Assembly: GCA_963699545.1 (NCBI GenBank)
Contig: CAVOUE010000006.1
Span: 96,001 to 160,000, forward strand
Direction of reading: 5' to 3'
From: Nitrospirota bacterium
GTDB taxonomy: Bacteria > Nitrospirota > Thermodesulfovibrionia > Thermodesulfovibrionales > UBA9159
DNA length: 64,000 nt
Under the pieces are notes generated by a model. The model did no database searches and was not told the origin of the DNA. It saw only the letters and a program-made list of their open reading frames with translations. Position 1 is the stretch's first letter. Every line of letters starts with the position of its first letter. Shown here one piece after another: positions 44,554 through 54,018 of the stretch. The translations under genes were made by a program, and so were the position numbers.

Positions 44554-45969
44554 TTAGCCCTGGTCTTTCATTGTTCTGCTGATTTCTTCTTCAATAAATG
44601 TTCTGTAGCGAAGGAGGCTGTCTTCATCCTCAGCCTCCACTCTCACTACGATGACCGGCTGGGTGTTGCTCGATCTCAAAAGGCCCCAACCTCTCTCAAA
44701 GAGAACTCTTATTCCGTCGATGGTATTTATCCCTTTTACGGGATACGGACTGCCGCCATTGCTTCTATATTCCTTGAACCTCGATACTACTCTCTCGACA
44801 ACCTCCCCCTTTTTGTCATCGGGACACTCAATTCTGATCTCGGGAGTGGAGGACGTCTTCGGGATATCGGAAAGAAGTCCTTCCATATCCTTTCCGCTCT
44901 TTTTCATGATCTCGACGAGCCTAAAGGTAGTATAGAGGGCATCGTCGTAACCGAAATAGTCGTCACCTATGAAGATATGGCCGCTGAACTCCCCCGCAAG
45001 AACTGCCCCCTCCTCTTTCATCTTGCTCTTCACAAGAGAGTGTCCGGTCTTCCACATAATCGCCCTGCCGCCGTTTCTTTCTATATCATCGAACATGACC
45101 TGCGAACACTTCACGTCTCCGATGATGACGCTGCCGGGCCTCCTTTTCAGGATATCCCGGGAAAGGATGATCATGACCTGATCACCCCATATGACATCTC
45201 CGTTCTTATTCACGACGCCGATCCGGTCGGCATCGCCGTCATACCCGAAACCGACGTCCGCCCCGGAGCGCTTTGTTTCGGCGATCAGGTCCCTGATGTA
45301 TTCCGGAACGGTTGGGTCGGGATGGTGATTGGGGAAATTGCCATCCGGCTCACAGTAAAGGGGGAAGACTTCGCAGTTCATCTTTTCAAGGATAGCCGGG
45401 ACAATGAGGCCTGCGGTGCCGTTTCCTGCGTCCACCACCACTTTCAGCTTCCTGTACCTTCCCTCCCCGAGATACGAAAATCTCTTCAGCATATGATCCC
45501 GATAGGCGCTGAGAACGTCGCACTGCTCAACCTTGCCCTTTTGAGAGGGCTCGGCCCACTCTTGTTTCAGGATCATCTCTTTAAGGGCCTGGATATCCCT
45601 GCCGTAGATCGTCTCTTTGCCCAAACTGAGCTTGAAACCGTTGTATTCAGGGGGATTATGGCTTCCCGTGACCATGATGCCGCCATCCAGATCAAGATGA
45701 AAAAGGGAAAAGTACTGGACGGGCGTGGGACAAACACCAATGTTGTAAACGGTAAGACCTGCTGTGGCAATTCCCTCAATTATGCCTGCCGCCAGATCCC
45801 CTGAGCTTAAGCGCACATCCCTCCCCACGCTAACCTGTTTCGCAGCCGAGTTGCTGCTTTTCACAAAAGAGCCAAAGGCACGACCAAGGGAAAAAGCGGT
45901 GTCCCTGTTGATGTCTCTTCCTGCGATTCCTCGTATATCGTATTCTCTGAATATTCTCTGGTTGATCAT
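44554..45969 (-). CDS. Phosphomannomutase/phosphoglucomutase (AlgC-like)
   Basis: FREYDIRG, TGSHNP, DGDADR, GEFSGH, RSSNT. Confidence 0.93.
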   Translation of the reverse strand: MINQRIFREYDIRGIAGRDINRDTAFSLGRAFGSFVKSSNSAAKQVSVGRDVRLSSGDLAAGIIEGIATAGLTVYNIGVCPTPVQYFSLFHLDLDGGIMVTGSHNPPEYNGFKLSLGKETIYGRDIQALKEMILKQEWAEPSQKGKVEQCDVLSAYRDHMLKRFSYLGEGRYRKLKVVVDAGNGTAGLIVPAILEKMNCEVFPLYCEPDGNFPNHHPDPTVPEYIRDLIAETKRSGADVGFGYDGDADRIGVVNKNGDVIWGDQVMIILSRDILKRRPGSVIIGDVKCSQVMFDDIERNGGRAIMWKTGHSLVKSKMKEEGAVLAGEFSGHIFIGDDYFGYDDALYTTFRLVEIMKKSGKDMEGLLSDIPKTSSTPEIRIECPDDKKGEVVERVVSRFKEYRSNGGSPYPVKGINTIDGIRVLFERGWGLLRSSNTQPVIVVRVEAEDEDSLLRYRTFIEEEISRTMKDQG

Positions 45970-46983
45970 TGTACTTTATAGTATTCTTTATACCATTCCA
46001 CAAATTTCCTTATCCCCTCTTCGATCGGGGTCGAGGGTTTAAAGCCAACGTCTTTTATCAGGTCATCCACATCCGCATAGGTTGCGGGCACGTCGCCGGC
46101 CTGGATCGGCAGGAGGTTCTTCTCTGCCTTTTTGCCGAGGCAGTCTTCAAGGACCTCAATGAAATGCATCAGCTCCACAGGGTTGTTGTTGCCGATGTTG
46201 TAGAGTTTGTAGGGCGCATAGCTTGTGGAAGAGTCGGGTCTGTCGCCTGACCAGTCCGGATCAGGCGCCGGCACTCCTGTCGATCACCCTCACGACGCCT
46301 TCGACGATATCGTCGATATACGTGAAGTCCCTCTGCATCTTGCCGTAGTTGAAGACATCGATCGGCTTGCCCTCCAGTATCGCCTTGGTGAAGAGGAAGA
46401 GCGCCATGTCAGGCCGCCCCCACGGGACCGTAGACGGTGAAGAACCTGAGCCCGGTGCACGGCAGTTTATAGAGGCTGGCATAGGTGTGGGCCATGAGTT
46501 CGTTGGCCTTCTTGGTGGCTGCATAGAGAGAGACGGGATGGTCCACATTGTGATGGACTGAAAAGGGCATATGTGTATTTGCCCCGTAGACTGAGCTCGA
46601 TGAGGCAAAGACGAGGTGCTTTACGTCAGTTGTGCCGGCAGCCTTCGAGGATATTGACGAACCCGACAAGGTTGGTGTCAACGTAGGCATGGGGGTTTAT
46701 CAGGGAGTACCTGCACGCCCGCCTGTGCAGCGAGGTTGACGACGACGTCGAACTTCTCTTCCCTGAAGAGCCGAGCGATGCCGTCCCTGTCTGCAAGGTC
46801 GAGCCTGACCGGTTTGAAGTTCTTCTGCATCGTGATCTGCTTGAGCCTGCTGAGCTTCAGGTTGACGTCATAATAGTCGTTCAGGTTGTCCAGCCCCACC
46901 ACTTCATCTCCCCGTTCGAGAAGCCTCTTGCAGAGATGGAACCCGATGAAGCCGGCAGCGCCGGTGACAAGAATCTTGCTCAT
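45966..46983 (-). CDS. NAD-dependent UDP-glucuronate 4-epimerase (CapI/WcaG-like); frameshifted
   Basis: [57 protein letters not shown] across several frames. Confidence 0.88.
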
Positions 46984-47147
46984 AGTCTCCGGCTCCCGGC
47001 CCGCAAAAAAAACGTTCGATGTCCCCCGTTCATGTTCTCCTCCTCCAGTGCATTCGCACAGTGAAGAGCAATGAGTGTAAAGCAACGGGAAAGCAAAAAG
47101 CAACGAGACCCGTGCAATTGCTAATTCCATTTTCAGCTATCGCTTTC

Positions 47148-47489
47148 TCAATCATTGCTTATCGCTTCCTTGCTTATCTCGGTCTCCTTTCTCAGCATCT
47201 CTATCTCTTCCCTGAGGCTGTGGTATTCATCAAGCTTTCGCTGCAGGAAGCGGTAGGTCTGGGAAAGCTTTACGCTCATGCCCTTGGGGGTGAGGACGTA
47301 CATGTAGGCGCTCTTGTTCCGTGAGTTCTTGAACCGGCTGGCCTTGATGTACCCCGCATTGAGAAGTGCGTTCACAAGGTAGTTCACCCGCCCCAGGCTC
47401 AACCCCATCCTCCTGGAGAGGTCCCGCTGGGAAAGGGTCCCGTCCCTTGCCAGTTCGCGGAGGGTTTGAAATTGCTGCTCGTTCATCAA
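47148..47489 (-). CDS. MarR family EPS-associated transcriptional regulator
   Basis: SQRDLSRRMGLSLGRVNY, FKNSRNK, YVLTPKG, FLQRKLDEY. Confidence 0.9.
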   Translation of the reverse strand: MMNEQQFQTLRELARDGTLSQRDLSRRMGLSLGRVNYLVNALLNAGYIKASRFKNSRNKSAYMYVLTPKGMSVKLSQTYRFLQRKLDEYHSLREEIEMLRKETEISKEAISND

Positions 47490-47601
47490 TTGAGCCTACA
47501 GCTCATGAGTTCATGGGTTGCAGAAGGAAGTGAGAGACACATATGACATTCTGCAACCTGCCGTTTCTTGTTCCGTGAGCCGTGAGCGACGGTGCATTTC
47601 G

Positions 47602-47613
47602 CGCGCTACCGCC
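47602..47613 (-). promoter_or_regulatory. ops-like element GGCGGTAGCGCG
   Basis: Minus-strand match to the RfaH ops core GGCGGTAG in the leader of the polysaccharide operon, next to an RfaH-like gene. Confidence 0.7.
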
Positions 47614-47653
47614 GGTTCCTGTCACGAAGAGGACTGGAAAATAAGGCTTTTTG

Positions 47654-47702
47654 TGCGTTCAGCCACTGAACTAATATAAGACATCAGAGGGGGATAAATC
47701 AA
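47654..47702 (-). promoter_or_regulatory. Sigma70 promoter with palindromic operator (copy 1)
   Basis: TTGATT-18-TATATT followed immediately by AGTTCAGTGGCTGAACGCA (GTTCAG-N3-CTGAAC). Confidence 0.7.
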
Positions 47703-47761
47703 CTGCTAAATGCCCTCAGGAGTTAGCGTCAGGGGTAAGGGGGGAAAAGCTCCTTGCTCAA

Positions 47762-48244
47762 CTACGCCTTACGAATCGACCTTTGGTCGATCTCGAGGCT
47801 GCAGGTGAGGGCCTCAAGGAGGATCATGGCCCTTGCCTTTCCCGTCACGTCCCTTTGGAAGATCCCGTAGAAGTCTCTAAAAGGGCCTTCCTTTATCAAA
47901 ACCCTGTCTCCCTTCCGCATGTCCTCGGGAGCGAGGATCACGATCCCGTCCCGCATCCTCTCACGTATGGCCTGAAGGATCTCAGGGGGAACCGCTACGG
48001 GATCTTGCTTGCCCACGATGTATTTCACTCCCCTGGTGTACCTGATCATGTGGGAGTGTTTTTCACTCTCGAAACGGGCAAAGATGTAGGAAGGGAAGAG
48101 TTGTTCTATGACATCAACGTATTTCCCCTTCACCCTCTTCAGCGTTCGAATCCTTGGGCTGAAGGTCTCTATCCCCGCACTGTTCAGGAGTCGAACCGTT
48201 GAATCCTCGCATTTCGGCTTTGTGTAAATTACATACCAATTCAT
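47762..48244 (-). CDS. RfaH/UpxY-like NusG paralog (transcription antiterminator)
   Basis: WYVIYTKP, LFPSYIF, IRYTRGV, KOW motif GDRVLIKEGPF. Confidence 0.9.
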   Translation of the reverse strand: MNWYVIYTKPKCEDSTVRLLNSAGIETFSPRIRTLKRVKGKYVDVIEQLFPSYIFARFESEKHSHMIRYTRGVKYIVGKQDPVAVPPEILQAIRERMRDGIVILAPEDMRKGDRVLIKEGPFRDFYGIFQRDVTGKARAMILLEALTCSLEIDQRSIRKA

Positions 48245-48951
48245 TTTACGTTTTCCACAATCTTTCCAGGGTTCTCGAAGAACAGCGTTTCAGCTGTTCT
48301 TCCGCCGAAGTGTTCTTTCACTTCTTTATATGCCCTCGAGAGTATGGGCGGCCGTCTGTCCGCGTTATGCGCGTCGGAGGCGACGATATCGGCGAGCCCC
48401 TTCTCAATCATGGCGAAGCTTGCATCCTCTGCCTCCCTCCCGAATCCTCCGGTGACGCTCATCGCGGTTATCTGGCACATGGCGCCCCTTTCCCGCAGAG
48501 CGCTCACTGCATCAAGGTCATGCATCAGGCGGAGATGCCTTTCGGGATGGGTGATTATGGGGGTGATCCCTTTGTGCCTCAGTTCGAAGATAAGGGAATC
48601 AAGATGTGGAGGAACACTGTACTCATGAAGTTCTACAAGCATGTATCCTGAACCGCTGAGCGTAGGAATATCTCCCGCCTCCAGCCGCTTGATGAGATCA
48701 GGGATCACCCTGACGTCGGCACCATAGAGGAGTTCCATTCCCGGGGGCAGATGTTTTCTCAGTCTTTCGACGGAGGATATGATCTCCGCGGCCTTGCGGG
48801 GGTAGAGCCCGTCCAGGATATGGGGAGTGGCAAAGATGCTGGATATACCATCCGTCTTTGCCATCTCCAGCATCTTCAATGACTCCTCCAGGGTGGAAGG
48901 ACCGTCGTCCATGCCCGGAAGGATATGGCAGTGTATGTCAATAAAGTTCAA
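48241..48951 (-). CDS. CpsB/CapC PHP-family tyrosine-protein phosphatase
   Basis: IDIHCHILPGMDDG, ATPH, THPER, ASDAH; probable TTG start overlapping the upstream stop. Confidence 0.9.
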   Translation of the reverse strand: MNFIDIHCHILPGMDDGPSTLEESLKMLEMAKTDGISSIFATPHILDGLYPRKAAEIISSVERLRKHLPPGMELLYGADVRVIPDLIKRLEAGDIPTLSGSGYMLVELHEYSVPPHLDSLIFELRHKGITPIITHPERHLRLMHDLDAVSALRERGAMCQITAMSVTGGFGREAEDASFAMIEKGLADIVASDAHNADRRPPILSRAYKEVKEHFGGRTAETLFFENPGKIVENVK

Positions 48952-50881
48952 TGGTATCTCCCGCGACGATACGAGATCTCTCCACGACCCCGGCTCTTGT
49001 CTCCAGCACCAGCCTCGAAGGAACCGGCGATCCATAGTGTCTGCAGGACTCCCGGTCGGTGCAGGGATTCACCTCCCTGTGCACGGCTGAAACCCTCTGC
49101 TCACCGTCAAAGAAGATGATATCAAAGGGAACCCTCATATTCAGGGCATGGATCCATGCGTCTCCACCTTTGCCGTTCATGAAAAGAAGCGCCCTGTCCT
49201 CTGAAGGCAATTCCCTGAACATCAGGCCAAGGGTTCTTTCGAAGGACGAAGCCGCAACCTCTGCATAAAAACTCCTCTTCACCGCGCCCGTCTTGCCATC
49301 CAGGATCCTGACCTTCCTGAAATCCTTGCCCGCAATGTAGAACTTCACCTCATAGGGCCTGAACCCGTCAACGATATTGCCGTCCTTCACCACATATCTC
49401 TTGCCGGAGGAATATTCGTCGAAATAAGCTCCATCGCTCCCCACACCCACCAACTTTCCCTTCACCTCCTTGTCCAGCACATTCACCGCCATGACGACCG
49501 TCTGTTTCCCGGAACTGAACATCTTTGCATGCACAGGTTTTGATCCGTCAGGGGCAAAGACATAAAGGGAGTCCGAAAAGAAGCCTGGCGTACCTGAAAC
49601 TTCACCGGAGAAATAATGACTGAGGAATCCCAGTTCCCTGATGAGGCGCTTCACGTCTTCCAGGTGAACCGGATCAAGCATGAGGTCATAATTGCCGTCT
49701 TTCACCGTGTAGAAGAAGAGACCCCGGGCGCCATGGACAACGGCGAGATAGCTCATCGCCTTCATCTCGTCATAGGAAGGAGCCCTGTCCCATCCTTTGC
49801 CCTTCCATCCCTGGCCCCCGAATATCTGGATGACGGCCCAGACATCCCCCGCCCCTGCATGCCTTGCATCGTCCATGCTTTTGCTGAGCCATATCAGGGG
49901 ATTATTGGGGACGGGGTACTGGTCCATGAGGATGATGTCTGCTGCGTCCTTGTACGTACTCACGAACTCCGGCCTCACCATGGCCATGAAGGATGGACGG
50001 GTTGAGCCGGAAGCGCGTATCTTCTTCACTTTCTTCATTATCTCCTCGGCTGGAACAGACCTGCCTTCGGGCTCATCCTCAACATACCAGCCCAGCATGG
50101 AGCCTGAATCTGCCAGTCTCTGCACCACCCCGTCATCATCCACGCCCGCCACAATGTTTATGTCCGCCCTCAGCGCCGCGTCCAGAACTTCGCGTGCGTT
50201 GTGTTCATTCACCGGGATGACAACACCATTGAAACCAAGCTCCTTGATAAAGGGGAAAGTCTCAACCTTTGCGCCGTACGCCACCAGCGGAAAGGAATAA
50301 GGCATCAGAGGTCGGTATCTTGCCCCGGGTGTCATGCCCGCCGCCCCTTCCTCATCTGCGATTCTTTCGAGGACGGGAGAAGAGAAGGAGAAGGTCACCG
50401 GGTGGTCGTTAATGAACTTCAGCGCGGTAGATTCCCCCGGGGCGATGAAGACGAGGCCGAAATCCTGCCACGCACCGAACGTGAGGAGGTTGCTCATCCT
50501 GATCCTGGAGCCGAAGAGTTCCACTTCGGGAAAGACGCCTTCCGTGAATCCTTCCCTGTAGACCCTGAAAGAAATACGATACCTTTTCCCCCTTTCGAGG
50601 CCTTCAAGACCGCACCACCACCGGCCTGACCTGTCTTCGCCGCCCTTTATTCCGAGTGCCCTGAGGGGGGGAGAGCCAACGGGACCGACACTGAACTCGC
50701 TCTTCGTTACTCCCCCGATGTCAGAGCTTCCGTGGTGCCAGAAGAAAGGTGACCGTACGGCCCCTTCCGGCGTCAGGAACTCAGGATTGGGGATGAGGTT
50801 GTCGGCACAAAGAACAGACGAGAAAAACAGGAGGACAAGGGTCAGCGCAGCGATAAAAGTGGAAGGAGCGGATATCATCAT
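48938..50881 (-). CDS. Secreted protein: CBM-like domain, GH-like TIM barrel and C-terminal DUF192
   Basis: Signal peptide MMISAP..VLCA, NLIPNPEF; WYVEDEPE, DQYPVP, VWAVIQIFG; C-terminal AEVA..ERTLGLMFR..NMRVPFDIIF..VLETRAG. Confidence 0.75.
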   Translation of the reverse strand: MMISAPSTFIAALTLVLLFFSSVLCADNLIPNPEFLTPEGAVRSPFFWHHGSSDIGGVTKSEFSVGPVGSPPLRALGIKGGEDRSGRWWCGLEGLERGKRYRISFRVYREGFTEGVFPEVELFGSRIRMSNLLTFGAWQDFGLVFIAPGESTALKFINDHPVTFSFSSPVLERIADEEGAAGMTPGARYRPLMPYSFPLVAYGAKVETFPFIKELGFNGVVIPVNEHNAREVLDAALRADINIVAGVDDDGVVQRLADSGSMLGWYVEDEPEGRSVPAEEIMKKVKKIRASGSTRPSFMAMVRPEFVSTYKDAADIILMDQYPVPNNPLIWLSKSMDDARHAGAGDVWAVIQIFGGQGWKGKGWDRAPSYDEMKAMSYLAVVHGARGLFFYTVKDGNYDLMLDPVHLEDVKRLIRELGFLSHYFSGEVSGTPGFFSDSLYVFAPDGSKPVHAKMFSSGKQTVVMAVNVLDKEVKGKLVGVGSDGAYFDEYSSGKRYVVKDGNIVDGFRPYEVKFYIAGKDFRKVRILDGKTGAVKRSFYAEVAASSFERTLGLMFRELPSEDRALLFMNGKGGDAWIHALNMRVPFDIIFFDGEQRVSAVHREVNPCTDRESCRHYGSPVPSRLVLETRAGVVERSRIVAGDTIELY

Positions 50882-50886
50882 GCTTA

Positions 50887-50935
50887 TGCGTTCAGCCACT
50901 GAACTGATAATAACTGATAAGCGGGAAAAGGTCAA
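50887..50935 (-). promoter_or_regulatory. Sigma70 promoter with palindromic operator (copy 2)
   Basis: TTGACC-17-TATTAT followed by C and the same 19-mer AGTTCAGTGGCTGAACGCA. Confidence 0.7.
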
Positions 50936-51024
50936 GGATGAAGGGGGAGAGCAGGGTTTCTGTCCTGTCGACTCAGGAACGGCTTTTGTCACGACTGATA
51001 ATTTCTGATATAGTGGGTGACAGG

Positions 51025-54018
51025 ATGAGAACACCTATTCTTGGTTCACGATCGCGCACAGTTCTTTTTTCGGGGCTTATCATCGGCCTGTTCCTCTGTC
51101 CTTCTCATCCTTCCTCAGGTGAGACAAACGGGGCGCTCCCGGAGATCTCCACCGCACTATCCTTTGATATGGACAACAAAACAGTGGAGGGGAAGTCGGT
51201 CATCACCTTCCACGAGAGTAAAGAGACGCTCATCCGGACCGGCTCCCTGACGATGAGACATGTGAAGTACAACGGAATCCCCCTGGAGCCTGCATACAGG
51301 GAGGGAGCCTTCACGGTCAAGGCGGAGAAGGGCAGCGTGCTGGAGATGGAATACACGTGTGTTTCCGGGGACAACGGTCCGTGCATAATGGGAGAAAAGG
51401 GCATATTCCTTACCGGTGGCTGGCATCCGTCCACACAGGGGCTTGAATACCACCGGCTCACGGCCCTGGTACCCGGACATTTCACGGCCGTATCTGAGGC
51501 AGAAATGGTCACGATCGAGAAGAAACCAGGCGGGAACCTGTACTCCTTCTCCTTCCCCCATCCTGTGGAGGGCCTGAACTTCATAGCCGGCAGGTTCATC
51601 ATAAAAAAGGACAGCTACAGGGACGTTGAGCTCTCTGCCTGTTTCTTTCCCGAGGATGCAGGGCTTGCCGATACCTATCTGGAGCATACAAAGAAATATC
51701 TCGAACTCTATGAGGGGATAGCAGGGAATTTTCCTTTCAGGAGATTTTCGGTGGTGGAGAATTTCCTGCCCACGGGCTATGCCATGCCCACCTTCACCCT
51801 CCTTGGGCAGGACGTGGTGAGGCTCCCCTTCATCGTCAGGACGTCCCTCGGCCATGAGATACTCCACCAGTGGCTCGGGAACTCTGTGTATGTCGACTAC
51901 ACAAGGGGCAACTGGTCAGAGGGGTTGACCACCTATCTTTCAGACCACCTCTACGAGGAACTGGAGGGGAGGGGATGGCAGTACAGGAAACAGACACTCA
52001 GCGACTATGGAAGCTATGTGCTTCCGGACAGCGAATTCCCCCTTGAAGACTTCAGGACGAGGACCGATTTTGCCTCCAGGGCGATCGGCTACGGAAAGGG
52101 CGCCATGGTCTTTCACATGCTCAGGAGGCTGGTGGGTGAGGAAGTCTTTTCGAAGGCCTTGCTGAACTTCATTGATGCGAACCGCTTCAGAAAAGCCTCG
52201 TGGGACGACATCAGGGCGGCCTTTGAGACTGGATCAGGAAAGGACCTCCGCCCTTTCTTCACGGTATGGCTCAAGGGAAAGGGATATCCCTCCATAGAGG
52301 TGAAGGAACCCGACATAAGTACAAGGGGCCTCCAGTACACGGTCTCCTTTGATGTCCTCCAGAAGGAGAAGATGCATGTCTTCGACCTCCCCGTTAGGAT
52401 GAGGACAGCCAAAGACGACACGAAAGAAGTCTTACGGATAGAGGGAGAAAGGCAGGGCTTCTCCATGGTCGCTGACACATTGCCGGAGAAGCTCGTCCTT
52501 GATGAGAACTACGACGTTTTCAGAAGGCTTACCGAGAAGGAGCAGCCTCCTGTGATAGGAAAGCTCTTCAGTGGGGAGAAGGGAGCGCTGGTGCTTCCGG
52601 GGGATGAGCAGTTATCCGTGTATGCGGGGTTGATCGCATTTTTCAGGGAGAAGGGATACAGGGTGAACAAACCCGATGAAATGAAGAACGAGGATATCAG
52701 GGATTCCCATCTCGTTGTCCTCGACGGCAGCAACCCCCTCATAAAGAGACTCTTCGCAGACATGGAAATGCCGGCCCACGGCTTTACTCTCACGGTCAAG
52801 AAGAATCCTTTCAATCCTTCGAAGGTGGTGGCTGTTGCCCACGCCCCATCAAAAGAACAGGTGGATGCCTCCCTGGGGAAAATATCCCACTACGGGAGAT
52901 ACAGCCGGATCGCCTTTGCTGAAGGGAAGAACACGGAAAAAAAGACTGATGAAAGTGAAAGGGGGTGGACCATGCCGCTCAGGGAGGCCATAACAGGCGT
53001 CAGGACGTCCGATTCCATGAACCTTGCGGACATCATCGGGCGAGTCTCGGACAAGAAGATCGTCTATCTGGGTGAGCAGCACGATAAATACGAGCACCAC
53101 GTGACACAGTTCGAGGCCATCAGGGAGCTGTATGGAAAGAACAGGAAGATCGCGATAGGCATGGAGATGTTCCAGAGGCCCTTCCAGAAGGCGCTGGATG
53201 ATTACATCGAGGGGAGAACGGAAGAAAGGGAGTTCCTGAAATCATCGGAATACTTCAAACGGTGGGGCTTCGACTACAACCTGTACAAGGATATCCTGAG
53301 GTTCGCCAGGGAGGAGAAGATCCCTGTGGTGGCCCTGAATATGAGAAACGAGATCGTAGACAAGGTCTCGAAAAAGGGTATCGATTCCCTTTCCGAAGAA
53401 GAGAAGAAGGAATTACCCGAAACCATGGACATGACGGACGAAGACTACAGGAAGAGGCTGAAAGAGGTCTTCGACGGGCATCAGGCAGCCGCAGGCATGG
53501 ACTTCTTGAACTTCTACCAGTCCCAGATCATCTGGGATGAGACCATGGCCTCGTCCATCGACGAGTACCTCAAGAAAAACCCCGACCGGCAGCTGGTGGT
53601 CCTGGCGGGGGGAGGCCATCTGGTATTCGGCTCCGGCATTCCGAAGAGGGCCTTCAGGAGGAACAGACTTGACTATGCGATCCTCCTCAACGATGACTCA
53701 GTGGAGAAAAAGATCGCGGACTACATACTCTTCCCCCAGCCGCTCACCGCGGCAAAAGCGCCAAAGCTCATGGTGGTCCTGAAAAAGGAGGAGGACGGGG
53801 TCAGGATCACCGGGTTCGGCGAACACAGCGTCGCACAACAAGCGGGTCTTGAGAAGGACGATATCATCGTCGCCCTCGACAGTGAAAAGGTGAGTGGCGT
53901 TGAGGAGATACAGATATTCCTCTTTTACAAGAAGCGGGGGGACCGCATTACGGTTACCGTCCTAAGGAAGAGGTTCCTCTTCGGCGAGCGTGAGCTGCGG
54001 ATCGAGATAACCCTTTAG
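51025..54018 (+). CDS. M1-family aminopeptidase fused to ChaN (heme-uptake/Tiki-like) and PDZ domains
   Basis: GYAMP, HEILH-x18-E (WSEGL), YGKG; LGEQHD, GMEMFQRPFQ, WDETMA, AGGGH; C-terminal AQQAGLEKDDII. Confidence 0.85.
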   Translation: MRTPILGSRSRTVLFSGLIIGLFLCPSHPSSGETNGALPEISTALSFDMDNKTVEGKSVITFHESKETLIRTGSLTMRHVKYNGIPLEPAYREGAFTVKAEKGSVLEMEYTCVSGDNGPCIMGEKGIFLTGGWHPSTQGLEYHRLTALVPGHFTAVSEAEMVTIEKKPGGNLYSFSFPHPVEGLNFIAGRFIIKKDSYRDVELSACFFPEDAGLADTYLEHTKKYLELYEGIAGNFPFRRFSVVENFLPTGYAMPTFTLLGQDVVRLPFIVRTSLGHEILHQWLGNSVYVDYTRGNWSEGLTTYLSDHLYEELEGRGWQYRKQTLSDYGSYVLPDSEFPLEDFRTRTDFASRAIGYGKGAMVFHMLRRLVGEEVFSKALLNFIDANRFRKASWDDIRAAFETGSGKDLRPFFTVWLKGKGYPSIEVKEPDISTRGLQYTVSFDVLQKEKMHVFDLPVRMRTAKDDTKEVLRIEGERQGFSMVADTLPEKLVLDENYDVFRRLTEKEQPPVIGKLFSGEKGALVLPGDEQLSVYAGLIAFFREKGYRVNKPDEMKNEDIRDSHLVVLDGSNPLIKRLFADMEMPAHGFTLTVKKNPFNPSKVVAVAHAPSKEQVDASLGKISHYGRYSRIAFAEGKNTEKKTDESERGWTMPLREAITGVRTSDSMNLADIIGRVSDKKIVYLGEQHDKYEHHVTQFEAIRELYGKNRKIAIGMEMFQRPFQKALDDYIEGRTEEREFLKSSEYFKRWGFDYNLYKDILRFAREEKIPVVALNMRNEIVDKVSKKGIDSLSEEEKKELPETMDMTDEDYRKRLKEVFDGHQAAAGMDFLNFYQSQIIWDETMASSIDEYLKKNPDRQLVVLAGGGHLVFGSGIPKRAFRRNRLDYAILLNDDSVEKKIADYILFPQPLTAAKAPKLMVVLKKEEDGVRITGFGEHSVAQQAGLEKDDIIVALDSEKVSGVEEIQIFLFYKKRGDRITVTVLRKRFLFGERELRIEITL

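Noticed and set aside
44533-45804. Long antisense ORFs (also 56128-57315, 61265-62323 and many shorter ones)
   Set aside because: They shadow well-supported opposite-strand genes in GC-rich DNA and show no motifs.
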